Assembly: GCA_040753435.1 (NCBI GenBank)
Contig: JBFMEN010000069.1
Span: 47,551-111,550, forward strand
Direction of reading: 5' to 3'
DNA length: 64,000 bases
From: Candidatus Omnitrophota bacterium
GTDB lineage: Bacteria; Omnitrophota; Gorgyraeia; Zapsychrales; JANLHA01
The notes under the pieces are model-generated. The model was not told where the DNA came from. It saw only the letters and a list, made by a program, of their open reading frames with translations, and searched no databases. This document shows positions 37,455 through 45,563 of the stretch, piece after piece. The translations under genes were made by a program, and so were the position numbers. Every line of letters begins with the position of its first letter. Position 1 is the first letter of the stretch.

Positions 37455-40313
37455 ATGAATTTCCAAAAGCAAAAATTTCATACTTTTTTCAGAGTACTCG
37501 CCATGAGCATTCTTGTGCCTTTCGTGTTTTCGGTCGTTTGCCCAGCTGCGTTTACGCCGGCTTTTGCTCAAACAGTCCTTAATCTGCCTGCCCCCGGGAC
37601 AATGATCTCACCAAGTCCCGGATACAATCCGGCAACGATTGTCGGGATGACGGTCCATCCGGATGACCCGTTTTTGTTTGATTTCATTGTTCATCCGGGT
37701 GACGACAAACTTGAGGGAGAGAATCTGCAAAGAGAATCGCTGAAGATGGTCCGGTATTTTATGGCTGCATTGACAGTTCCTGAAGATGAGATGTGGGTCA
37801 ACCTCTCGCCTTATGAAAAAGACCGCATTGTTCCTGTAGGTTTTGGCGATACGGAGATGGGAAGGGATCTACTGGCCCAGGATTATATCCTGAAACAAAT
37901 GACGGCATCTTTAATGCATCCTGGGGAAAAATCGGGAAGCGAATTCTGGACGCGTATACGGGAAAAGGTAAGGGAAAAATTCGGGACAAATGAAATTCCC
38001 GTGAACACATTTAACAAAGTCTGGATCGTTCCGGACAAGGCCACGGTGTATGCCAGCGGAAGCCGTGTTTTTGTCGTGGATAGTCACTACAAGGTCATGC
38101 TGGAGCAAGATTATTTTGCCATGAAAAGCCATTCCGGATCTTCAGAAAATGGGAAAAACCTGGCAGTCCATGGGGAGTCCGGGAATGAAAGGGCAGATGA
38201 ACTGTCAAAAAAAATCACCCGGGAAATCATTCTTCCCGCGATCGAGCGGGAGATCAATGAAGGCCGGACTTTTGCCAATCTCCGCCAGATATCAAATGCG
38301 GTGATCCTTGCGACATGGTACAAACGTCATGTCGTTGGCGGAGCTCTTGAATTATTTTACGCTGACAAAAATAAAACCGCCGGGATCAGCAACGGGGATA
38401 AGGAGATCACCGAAAAAATTTATAATCAGTATGTCGAATCGTTCAGGAAGGGTGTCTATCATTTCATCAGGGAAGAGTACGATGAGACAACCCGGGAAGT
38501 CATCCCGCGGGAGTATTTTTCAGGAGGAGTTGTGCAGAAAATCGCGGATATGGATACGGCCGGTGACATGGGCGAGCTGGAAGAGACCATTCGCGGGAGT
38601 TCGGAATTCCAGATCCGGTTTGATCCGGTTAGAGTAAAGGAAGACGGGCAGGACGCGGCGATGTTAACGTCTGAGGAGGTCGCGCGGATGCTGGAAGAGT
38701 CGAACCAAGATTACTATTCGCGGTTAGGGGTTGATAAATCGGCCGATAAAGCGGCGATAAAGGCAGCTTACCGGAAGTTGATTATGAAATGGCATCCGGA
38801 CAAGAATGGCGATACATCCGGAGATCTTAAAGATTCGTTTACAGAAATAGCCCAGAATCTTTCCGAGGCCTGGGAAATATTACAGGATGAAGAGCGACGA
38901 AAAATTTATGACGAGGGAGGTCTGGGAAGGGGTGCAGCCGGTTTTGGGCAAGAAGAAGATTTTAATTTCGATGAATTTTTCAGCCAGTACCGGTGGAAGG
39001 CGCCCCGAACCCTGGATGAGATTTTGCGTGATCTTGATTCGGATAATAAAAAGGTATCTTTTCAATCTCTCGGAGAAATTGAAAAGATGATCCGCGAGGA
39101 GAGATGGCATGAATTTTCACCAGAGTCTGTTGAAGAGGTAAAGAATCTTATTGCATCAATAAAGCGGATTAAGGATGGGCATGTCCGGATGAGAGCGGTT
39201 GAGGCGCTGGGACGAGTGGCCAGAAAAGAATTTGTGACCCTTTCCGGGGGGCTCGGACGTTGGAACAATTATGAAGGGGATCAGGAAGAGACGCCCCAAA
39301 CTCTTGCGACAAACGGTTTGATTGAAATCCTTCAAACCGATGATGACCCTTCTGTTTCATATTCTTCAGTCAATACTTTAGCAGAGATCGGAGGGGTGAC
39401 TGCGACGGAAGCTCTGGTCCGGAATGTCAATCATCCTCATTCGGCAACTCAAAAATTGATCAGGTGGGTTTTAATTGCCTTGGGGAACAACACGGCTTAT
39501 CCCGGGAAAGAGACATCGCGTTTGACAGTCCGTTTGCTGAATAAAAGTCTTTTATTCGGCAAACGGCAGATACAGGCCGCCGTTAAAAATATTCTGGATG
39601 AGATTAGGGAAGAATTCAAACAACCGGTTGATATGACTCCCCGCAAAATGGCGATCACTCGCGTCCTGGGGGATTTGTCGAACGGATGGAATGACGGGCG
39701 CGAGGGGCGCGGGACTTTTAAACTGCACAGCCCGGAGTATGATGACTATAATTACATGGAGTCGCTGGAATTTAATATCATTTTATACGCAGAGCCTTTT
39801 TATCAAGGAGAGGTGGAGGAAGTTTTCAAGATCCTTGATGAGCTTAAAGAGCGTTTTCCGGCGCTGATTGTGAAGTTTGTTGAAGATGAAGAGATCACAG
39901 CCTTCGGGCTGCATCTCCTGGGGAATGACGAGGCGCTTGCGCACATGAACTTCCGGGGTAAAGTTGAGCAATGGCTCCGGGACAGGCTTGAGGAGGTTCT
40001 TACCGAGGAAGGGATGGATGGAGGAACTGGAGATCAGGATTCGGCCATGCTGGGAGACGGGGGAAGAGCAGACAATTTTTTTCAAAGTGGTGAGGATACA
40101 AAAGGCGGTATTGATTTAAACCCGGCTCATATTGATATTGAGACGAAACAGGCGGACAGTAAAGAAATTATTTTTTCTCTCGGAAGCGGTGTTCCGTTTA
40201 TGGATTCGATTGAAGGTTTTCAGCCGGTCATTATTCACGTTGCGCCGGTGACAAATATTCCAGGACTTCTTGGCCGTAAGGAAGATCCGGAGGAATTTTC
40301 GACGAAGTCCTGA
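37455..40313 (+). CDS. Large modular exported protein: conserved N-terminal domain, J-domain and HEAT-like cargo, GGIDL C-terminal tail
   Basis: Signal-like N-terminus ending AFA; WVNLSPYE.DR, DLLAQDY.LKQ, FNKVWIVP.KA, YFSGG; DYY..LGV...WHPDKN; KGGIDLN...EGFQPVII. Confidence 0.85.
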   Translation: MNFQKQKFHTFFRVLAMSILVPFVFSVVCPAAFTPAFAQTVLNLPAPGTMISPSPGYNPATIVGMTVHPDDPFLFDFIVHPGDDKLEGENLQRESLKMVRYFMAALTVPEDEMWVNLSPYEKDRIVPVGFGDTEMGRDLLAQDYILKQMTASLMHPGEKSGSEFWTRIREKVREKFGTNEIPVNTFNKVWIVPDKATVYASGSRVFVVDSHYKVMLEQDYFAMKSHSGSSENGKNLAVHGESGNERADELSKKITREIILPAIEREINEGRTFANLRQISNAVILATWYKRHVVGGALELFYADKNKTAGISNGDKEITEKIYNQYVESFRKGVYHFIREEYDETTREVIPREYFSGGVVQKIADMDTAGDMGELEETIRGSSEFQIRFDPVRVKEDGQDAAMLTSEEVARMLEESNQDYYSRLGVDKSADKAAIKAAYRKLIMKWHPDKNGDTSGDLKDSFTEIAQNLSEAWEILQDEERRKIYDEGGLGRGAAGFGQEEDFNFDEFFSQYRWKAPRTLDEILRDLDSDNKKVSFQSLGEIEKMIREERWHEFSPESVEEVKNLIASIKRIKDGHVRMRAVEALGRVARKEFVTLSGGLGRWNNYEGDQEETPQTLATNGLIEILQTDDDPSVSYSSVNTLAEIGGVTATEALVRNVNHPHSATQKLIRWVLIALGNNTAYPGKETSRLTVRLLNKSLLFGKRQIQAAVKNILDEIREEFKQPVDMTPRKMAITRVLGDLSNGWNDGREGRGTFKLHSPEYDDYNYMESLEFNIILYAEPFYQGEVEEVFKILDELKERFPALIVKFVEDEEITAFGLHLLGNDEALAHMNFRGKVEQWLRDRLEEVLTEEGMDGGTGDQDSAMLGDGGRADNFFQSGEDTKGGIDLNPAHIDIETKQADSKEIIFSLGSGVPFMDSIEGFQPVIIHVAPVTNIPGLLGRKEDPEEFSTKS

Positions 40314-40393
40314 CGAAATAATTTTACGTCCGGCCAACCGCCGTAGCAGGCTTTCTGTTAAAGACGTTGTCTAAAAAAGGGGAGGAAATTAAC

Positions 40394-43300
40394 TTGTGTA
40401 ATAAAAACATGAACAGGCAAAAATTACCATTGCTGCACCGGTTATTTTCCGCGGGGCTAAGCTTTGTCATAACACTGACTTTTTCTATTCCTGTCCATGC
40501 CCAGGAGGGGCTTGCCCTGAATGGAGTTGCGGCGTCTCCAATGCCGGTTTCCGTGGCGGTAACTGCTGCCCCTGTTGAAAATCCGGCGTTCATTCTTTCA
40601 AAAAAACCGGCGAATGGGGATGCTCCCTTTGTCCCCGTGATGATCAAAGGGATTAAACTCTTTCCGGATGACCCTCTGCGCGTTGATTTTTTCATTGATA
40701 CCGGCACCTCCAAATTACCCGACGTTGTTTTGGAAAAAGAGTTCTCCAGATTGATCTCCTATTTTCTGGCGGCATTAACCGTCCCGGATGACGACCTGTG
40801 GGTTAATTTATCGCCGTATGAAGAAGACCGCGTCATCCCGGAGGAATTCAGCCGTACCGGGATGGGCGCAGATTTGCTCGCCCAGGATTATCTTTTGAAA
40901 CAAGTGACATCCGCGTTTCTTTCACCTGAGGGGGAATCCGGCAAAAAATTCTGGGACCGTATTCGTGAAAAAACAGCGGAGCTTTACGGTGAAAAAGATA
41001 TTCCTGTCGAAGTTTTCAATAAAGTCTGGATCGTCCCGGAAAAGGCCGTTGTGCATGAAAGTGCGGACGGAGCCTTTGTCACGGAAAGCACGCTGCAAGT
41101 CATGCTGGAGGAAGATTATTTAAGTACCACAGAGCCCGGGAATCCCAGTACCCCAAAAAAATCTTTGGCTGGGGATCAGGGGAGCAGGGGAACCGGGGCA
41201 CTTACAAAAGAAATCATGCGAGCCATAATCATCCCGGAAATCGAAAAAGAGGTCAATGAAGGAGAAATCTTCGCCCCGTTACGGCAAGTCTATAATGCGG
41301 TTATTCTGGCGGCATGGTTTAAACGGAATTTTAAAGAGACGTTCTTGGGGAAAGCTTATATCGATCAAAATAAAGTCGGCGGCATCGATACCGCCGACGC
41401 GTTGATCAAAGATAAAATTTATCAGCAATATGTCGATGCCTTTAAAGCCGGGGCGTATGATTTTATTAAAGAAGACTATGATCCGGTTTCGAACGAGATC
41501 ATTCCGAGGCAATACTTTTCCGGGGGGCTTAAACTTGATCCGGATGGGGCCTATACGGAAGAGCCCTCTGCGAACGAGCCCGTCAAAGTGACCGTAGACG
41601 GCGCCATGCTTTCCGCGTCAGTCAAGCTTTCCCCCGAGAAGAAACCGCCGGATGATCAAGGCCGCTCCTCTTCAGAAAGTTCAGAAACGGATGAGTATTT
41701 GCAATCAGTTAAAGAAAAAGCAATTGCGGCGGTTCTTGCGATGAGTACCGGAGAAAAGACGACCAGGAGCTCATGGACCGAGAAACTTCTGTCCCTCGCA
41801 GCTCCTTATGTGATCGATGATTTTCCCACGCTCTATTATGATCAAATCCAGGAAGCAGAACAGGTGAAAAGGGTTTTATTATTGATGATTCGTGTAGATC
41901 TTGTTGGTGCTGTCTATTTTTCAATACCTGTTGATGCTGAAGAAATGGATAAGTGGGAAGGAGAATTGCGAAGAATAAAACCATTCATTTTGGGAAGGGA
42001 AGACAGGAAAGAGATCGATGATTTGTTAGAACTGGTCGGATTTGTCCGTAAATGGCTTGGTTTTTTTGGATCTGAGGCCGACGCAACGTTTCATATCGAT
42101 CATTTGATAAAACATGGATTTTTAAGGGACACGTTCACTACAACCGCTGAAAAAGCGCTGAATTCTTTTTTTGACATTTTGCTGCGAGGCAGCATACCCC
42201 CGGATTTTGATGAGACTCCTTATAACGAATTGCTATGGTTTCTTAATGAATCGGCATCAAATGAGAAGCAAACTGAATTTTTTCAAATCCGTTCGGAGTT
42301 TATTCGAAGTTTTATCGCTGTTAAAGATGCCGTAATTTCCAGCAAAAATTTCAGCGCGTCTTTACAGCATTTGCGAAGAAATTCATTTTTTAACTTTTTT
42401 GTGTTTTGGAGCGATGATTTAAAAGAAAGAACAGAAAAATTTGATAAAAAATTATTAAAAGAAAAAGTGATTGCCATTAATTCTGATGGAATGACAGAGG
42501 GCGAACTTGATGAGATCGATCCGAATATCCGGGAAATCAAAGAGGGGATACAAAATATCCGGAAGGCCATACCCCATACGGTCGACAAGGCCTCCGTTCT
42601 GGACATTCTGCTGGGGGAAGGAAATGAGAAGGTGTCTGAAGAGTTTTTCAAGCTGGCGTCGTTGTTGCGGTTGAGTTTTTCCTATGAAGGCACATTTACT
42701 GACTCACGCCCGCCTCTTAAATACGCGCTGGAGGAAGGGATCTATTTTTCAATCGGACCTGATTTGTATATCACTCCGGTCACGGAGGCTTTTCGCCGGC
42801 CGATGATTTTTTCCAAAAATGCCGACGGCTCGATCAAGTTTGCATTTGAGATTGTCATCAGCGGCGAGCAGTTCAGTAAATTATATACCGGGGCCCGCAA
42901 CCGGTATGATGTTTCGCTTGAATTGAAGAAAACTTATCCGGACAAAGAATATGGCGTGCAACCGATTTATTTCAGAAAATTTCCGAAATATGCCTTCACA
43001 TTTTATGGCCGGAGACGGCTTCCTTTTCTTGTCAAACCGCTGGAAGTGATCGCTTTCGATTATCAATATGACGGCAAACGCCTGAACAATGTTTCTTCAG
43101 AAATGATAGCGGTGTGGGCGAATGAGTTAGGGATCAGTCAGAAAGACGTGGAGTTAATGATTGCCGAACAGGTTGTTGAGGAAGTGGTGGCCATGCATGC
43201 CATGGGCTATGTCGGCAACGGGGAGAATCGTTATTTTAAGGGTGTCCTGTCCTATGACCAGCATATTGAGAATTTCCGTTGTATCTTTGACCCAGCAGAC

Positions 43301-43951
43301 AGACTGAAGCCTGTAAAGATTCTGTATGTCGGTGACTTTGTGTATTTCGAGAAAGTGGATTCACCGGAACGAAGAAAAAATGATGTGCTCAGCATTGCCG
43401 GCGGAATTTGCCATAATATCCATGGGTTAAGAGATCTGTTTAAGATTCTCACTGTTGAAGACATTTACGCGCTGTTCAAAGAAAAATACGCTGAATTCGG
43501 GATCGCGGAGAAATATCCGGAAGGTCTTGCGGCATCATCAACAGTGAACGACAATGAAGTATTGACGGAGCCGGACTCTGATGCCGATGAAAATTCGGAC
43601 AATCCGGATGCTGAAGGCGATCAGAAGGGGGCGGCAAATTTTGACGAGCAAGATGGCGTTGAAATTTTAACTGAGCAAACTGACGCCGACATCCCGCATG
43701 CCAATAAAAATGATGCAGTTCCCGACGGGGTGCTAAACGGCGGCACTGCCGATTCCGCCGAAAAAGGCGGTATTGACCTTACTGCGGGCAGGCTTGGCCT
43801 TGAAGTCAAAGGAAACAAGGGACAACCTGCGCAGCCCTTTTGCCGGAAGGGTTCATGTGTGGATATGGAAAGTATGGATATCTCCGGATTTGTTCCTGTT
43901 ATTCTTCGCGTGTCGGTGGCTGATTTGCAAGGAATTCCTGGCAGTCACTAA
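40394..43951 (+). CDS. Large modular exported protein, paralog of the upstream gene, with unrelated helical and kinase-like cargo
   Basis: Same N-terminal motifs and KGGIDLT...SGFVPVIL tail; start uncertain (TTG 40394 after GGAGG, or ATG 40409); signal peptide ending VHA. Confidence 0.85.
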   Translation: MCNKNMNRQKLPLLHRLFSAGLSFVITLTFSIPVHAQEGLALNGVAASPMPVSVAVTAAPVENPAFILSKKPANGDAPFVPVMIKGIKLFPDDPLRVDFFIDTGTSKLPDVVLEKEFSRLISYFLAALTVPDDDLWVNLSPYEEDRVIPEEFSRTGMGADLLAQDYLLKQVTSAFLSPEGESGKKFWDRIREKTAELYGEKDIPVEVFNKVWIVPEKAVVHESADGAFVTESTLQVMLEEDYLSTTEPGNPSTPKKSLAGDQGSRGTGALTKEIMRAIIIPEIEKEVNEGEIFAPLRQVYNAVILAAWFKRNFKETFLGKAYIDQNKVGGIDTADALIKDKIYQQYVDAFKAGAYDFIKEDYDPVSNEIIPRQYFSGGLKLDPDGAYTEEPSANEPVKVTVDGAMLSASVKLSPEKKPPDDQGRSSSESSETDEYLQSVKEKAIAAVLAMSTGEKTTRSSWTEKLLSLAAPYVIDDFPTLYYDQIQEAEQVKRVLLLMIRVDLVGAVYFSIPVDAEEMDKWEGELRRIKPFILGREDRKEIDDLLELVGFVRKWLGFFGSEADATFHIDHLIKHGFLRDTFTTTAEKALNSFFDILLRGSIPPDFDETPYNELLWFLNESASNEKQTEFFQIRSEFIRSFIAVKDAVISSKNFSASLQHLRRNSFFNFFVFWSDDLKERTEKFDKKLLKEKVIAINSDGMTEGELDEIDPNIREIKEGIQNIRKAIPHTVDKASVLDILLGEGNEKVSEEFFKLASLLRLSFSYEGTFTDSRPPLKYALEEGIYFSIGPDLYITPVTEAFRRPMIFSKNADGSIKFAFEIVISGEQFSKLYTGARNRYDVSLELKKTYPDKEYGVQPIYFRKFPKYAFTFYGRRRLPFLVKPLEVIAFDYQYDGKRLNNVSSEMIAVWANELGISQKDVELMIAEQVVEEVVAMHAMGYVGNGENRYFKGVLSYDQHIENFRCIFDPADRLKPVKILYVGDFVYFEKVDSPERRKNDVLSIAGGICHNIHGLRDLFKILTVEDIYALFKEKYAEFGIAEKYPEGLAASSTVNDNEVLTEPDSDADENSDNPDAEGDQKGAANFDEQDGVEILTEQTDADIPHANKNDAVPDGVLNGGTADSAEKGGIDLTAGRLGLEVKGNKGQPAQPFCRKGSCVDMESMDISGFVPVILRVSVADLQGIPGSH
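41121..41204. repeat. 84-bp imperfect palindrome with 8-nt periodicity, in frame inside the CDS
   Basis: TAAGT...ACTTA outer arms, CCCCA...TGGGG inner arms; right arm TGGGGATC AGGGGAGC AGGGGAAC CGGGGCAC. Confidence 0.6.
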
Positions 43952-44064
43952 GCCGGGACGAGTTGAGGCGTCTTCTCAAAGTGCACAAATCGAACTCCCG
44001 ATCTTCTCCTGAATAAGCAGTGGCTTTTAATTGGCTGAAACAGAAAAAATTTTTAAAAATCGGC

Positions 44065-44092
44065 TTGATTTTTTTAAATGATATGTTACTAT
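44065..44092 (+). promoter_or_regulatory. trp operon promoter (extended -10)
   Basis: TTGATT-N16-TACTAT with TGn immediately before the -10. Confidence 0.6.
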
Positions 44093-44120
44093 TTATAGTA
44101 ACGTTACTACGAATAGAAAC
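44085..44120. promoter_or_regulatory. Tandem 18-bp palindromic operator overlapping the trp promoter
   Basis: GTTACTA-TTTA-TAGTAAC directly followed by GTTACTA-CGAA-TAGAAAC. Confidence 0.75.
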
Positions 44121-44143
44121 ATTTAATGCGTAACAGGAGCCAA

Positions 44144-45544
44144 ATGTCTTTACCTGTTTATATCGAAACAATCCCGGCCGACCGATTTACTCCCGTTGTT
44201 GTTTTTAAGAAACTGAACGGAAAGGCGCTGCTGGAATCCGCAGTTCTTGAAATCGGCAAGAGCCGTTATTCGATTATCCTGGTTGAAGAGGCTTTTCGAT
44301 TGGTCCTTAATAACCGAGGCGTTTTAAAATACGAAGGATTGAAGGAAGAAATCCTTTCTCCGGATCCGCATAATTTTCTTTCTATTCTGGAGGGCCAGGG
44401 AAAAAACGTCGCATCATCGAAAGATTTTGGCATGCCGATTCCCGCTTCCGGAATAGGGTACCTCGGGTATGAAACAGCGGCGTTGTTTGACAAAATCCAT
44501 TTGTCAAAACAGGATGACGAACTTCAACTGCCCGATGCCATCTTTTTATTCGGATCACTGTTTATTGTCTTTGATCATTACAAGGATGAGCTTTACATCA
44601 TCGCTATTGATTATGACGGGCAGGGAAAAGAGAAAATTAAAACCGTTAAGGAACGGCTGATGGATTTTGATTTCAGGGCGTATCAAACCGATGAAAATTT
44701 TTATCATTGCACCGGACAGATTGAAGCCGGTAAAGAGGCGTATATCAGCGGAGTCAAAAAATTGAAAGAACACATCCGCGCCGGAGATATTGTTCAGGGC
44801 GTTCTTTCCCGGAGAATCACGATAAAAACTTTCCTGGATCCCCTTGATGCCTACTGCCGTTTAAGACGTATTAACCCCTCGCCGTATTTGTTTTATTTTG
44901 ACTTCACTGATTTTAAATTATTTGGCTCTTCACCCGAACTCATGGTTTCCTATAATGACGGGACAGCTACGATCAAACCGATTGCGGGGACCCGTTCCCG
45001 GGGGAAAACGCGCCAGGAAGACATTGCTTTGGAAAAAGATTTGCTGGCTGACGAAAAGGAGCGCGCTGAACATTTGATGCTCGTTGATCTTGCGCGGAAT
45101 GATTTGGGACGAACGGCAAAACCCGGGACGGTGAGTCCCAGATCGTTATATTCGGTGGAGCGGTATTCCCACGTCATGCATATTGTGTCGGAGATTGGAT
45201 CACAGGTGGCCAGAGACTATAACGCGTATGACCTCATAAGAACGACCTTTCCGGCTGGAACAGTGACCGGCGCTCCTAAAATCAAGGCGATGGAGCTGGT
45301 ATCTGATTATGAAAACGTCAAGCGGGGACCTTATGCCGGGCTGGTCGGCCATTTTGACATGAACGGAAATTTTGATTCATGCATAACGATCAGATCCATG
45401 ATCCATAAGGAAGGAACATATTATATTCAAGTCGGGGCCGGGATTGTTTATGATTCCGTACCGGAGCGGGAGTTTGACGAAACAATGAAGAAAGCAGGGG
45501 CGATGATCAGGTCTTTGGGAATAAATCTGGAGAGTGGTCTCTAG
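44144..45544 (+). CDS. trpE: Anthranilate synthase component I
   Basis: LLESA...SRYS, NPSPY, GSSPE, PIAGT, EHLMLVDLARND, FPAGTVTGAPK; AGGAG RBS before ATG 44144. Confidence 0.95.
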   Translation: MSLPVYIETIPADRFTPVVVFKKLNGKALLESAVLEIGKSRYSIILVEEAFRLVLNNRGVLKYEGLKEEILSPDPHNFLSILEGQGKNVASSKDFGMPIPASGIGYLGYETAALFDKIHLSKQDDELQLPDAIFLFGSLFIVFDHYKDELYIIAIDYDGQGKEKIKTVKERLMDFDFRAYQTDENFYHCTGQIEAGKEAYISGVKKLKEHIRAGDIVQGVLSRRITIKTFLDPLDAYCRLRRINPSPYLFYFDFTDFKLFGSSPELMVSYNDGTATIKPIAGTRSRGKTRQEDIALEKDLLADEKERAEHLMLVDLARNDLGRTAKPGTVSPRSLYSVERYSHVMHIVSEIGSQVARDYNAYDLIRTTFPAGTVTGAPKIKAMELVSDYENVKRGPYAGLVGHFDMNGNFDSCITIRSMIHKEGTYYIQVGAGIVYDSVPEREFDETMKKAGAMIRSLGINLESGL

Positions 45545-45563
45545 GCCGATAAAAGCGAGGTTA

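Noticed and set aside
38700-38980. Housekeeping dnaJ gene
   Set aside because: Only the J-domain and a short G/F tail are present, embedded in a larger ORF, with no zinc finger or C-terminal domain and no dnaK/grpE nearby.
43952-44143. trp attenuator leader peptide or T-box
   Set aside because: No Trp-codon ORF or terminator between the promoter and trpE; the leader is too short.
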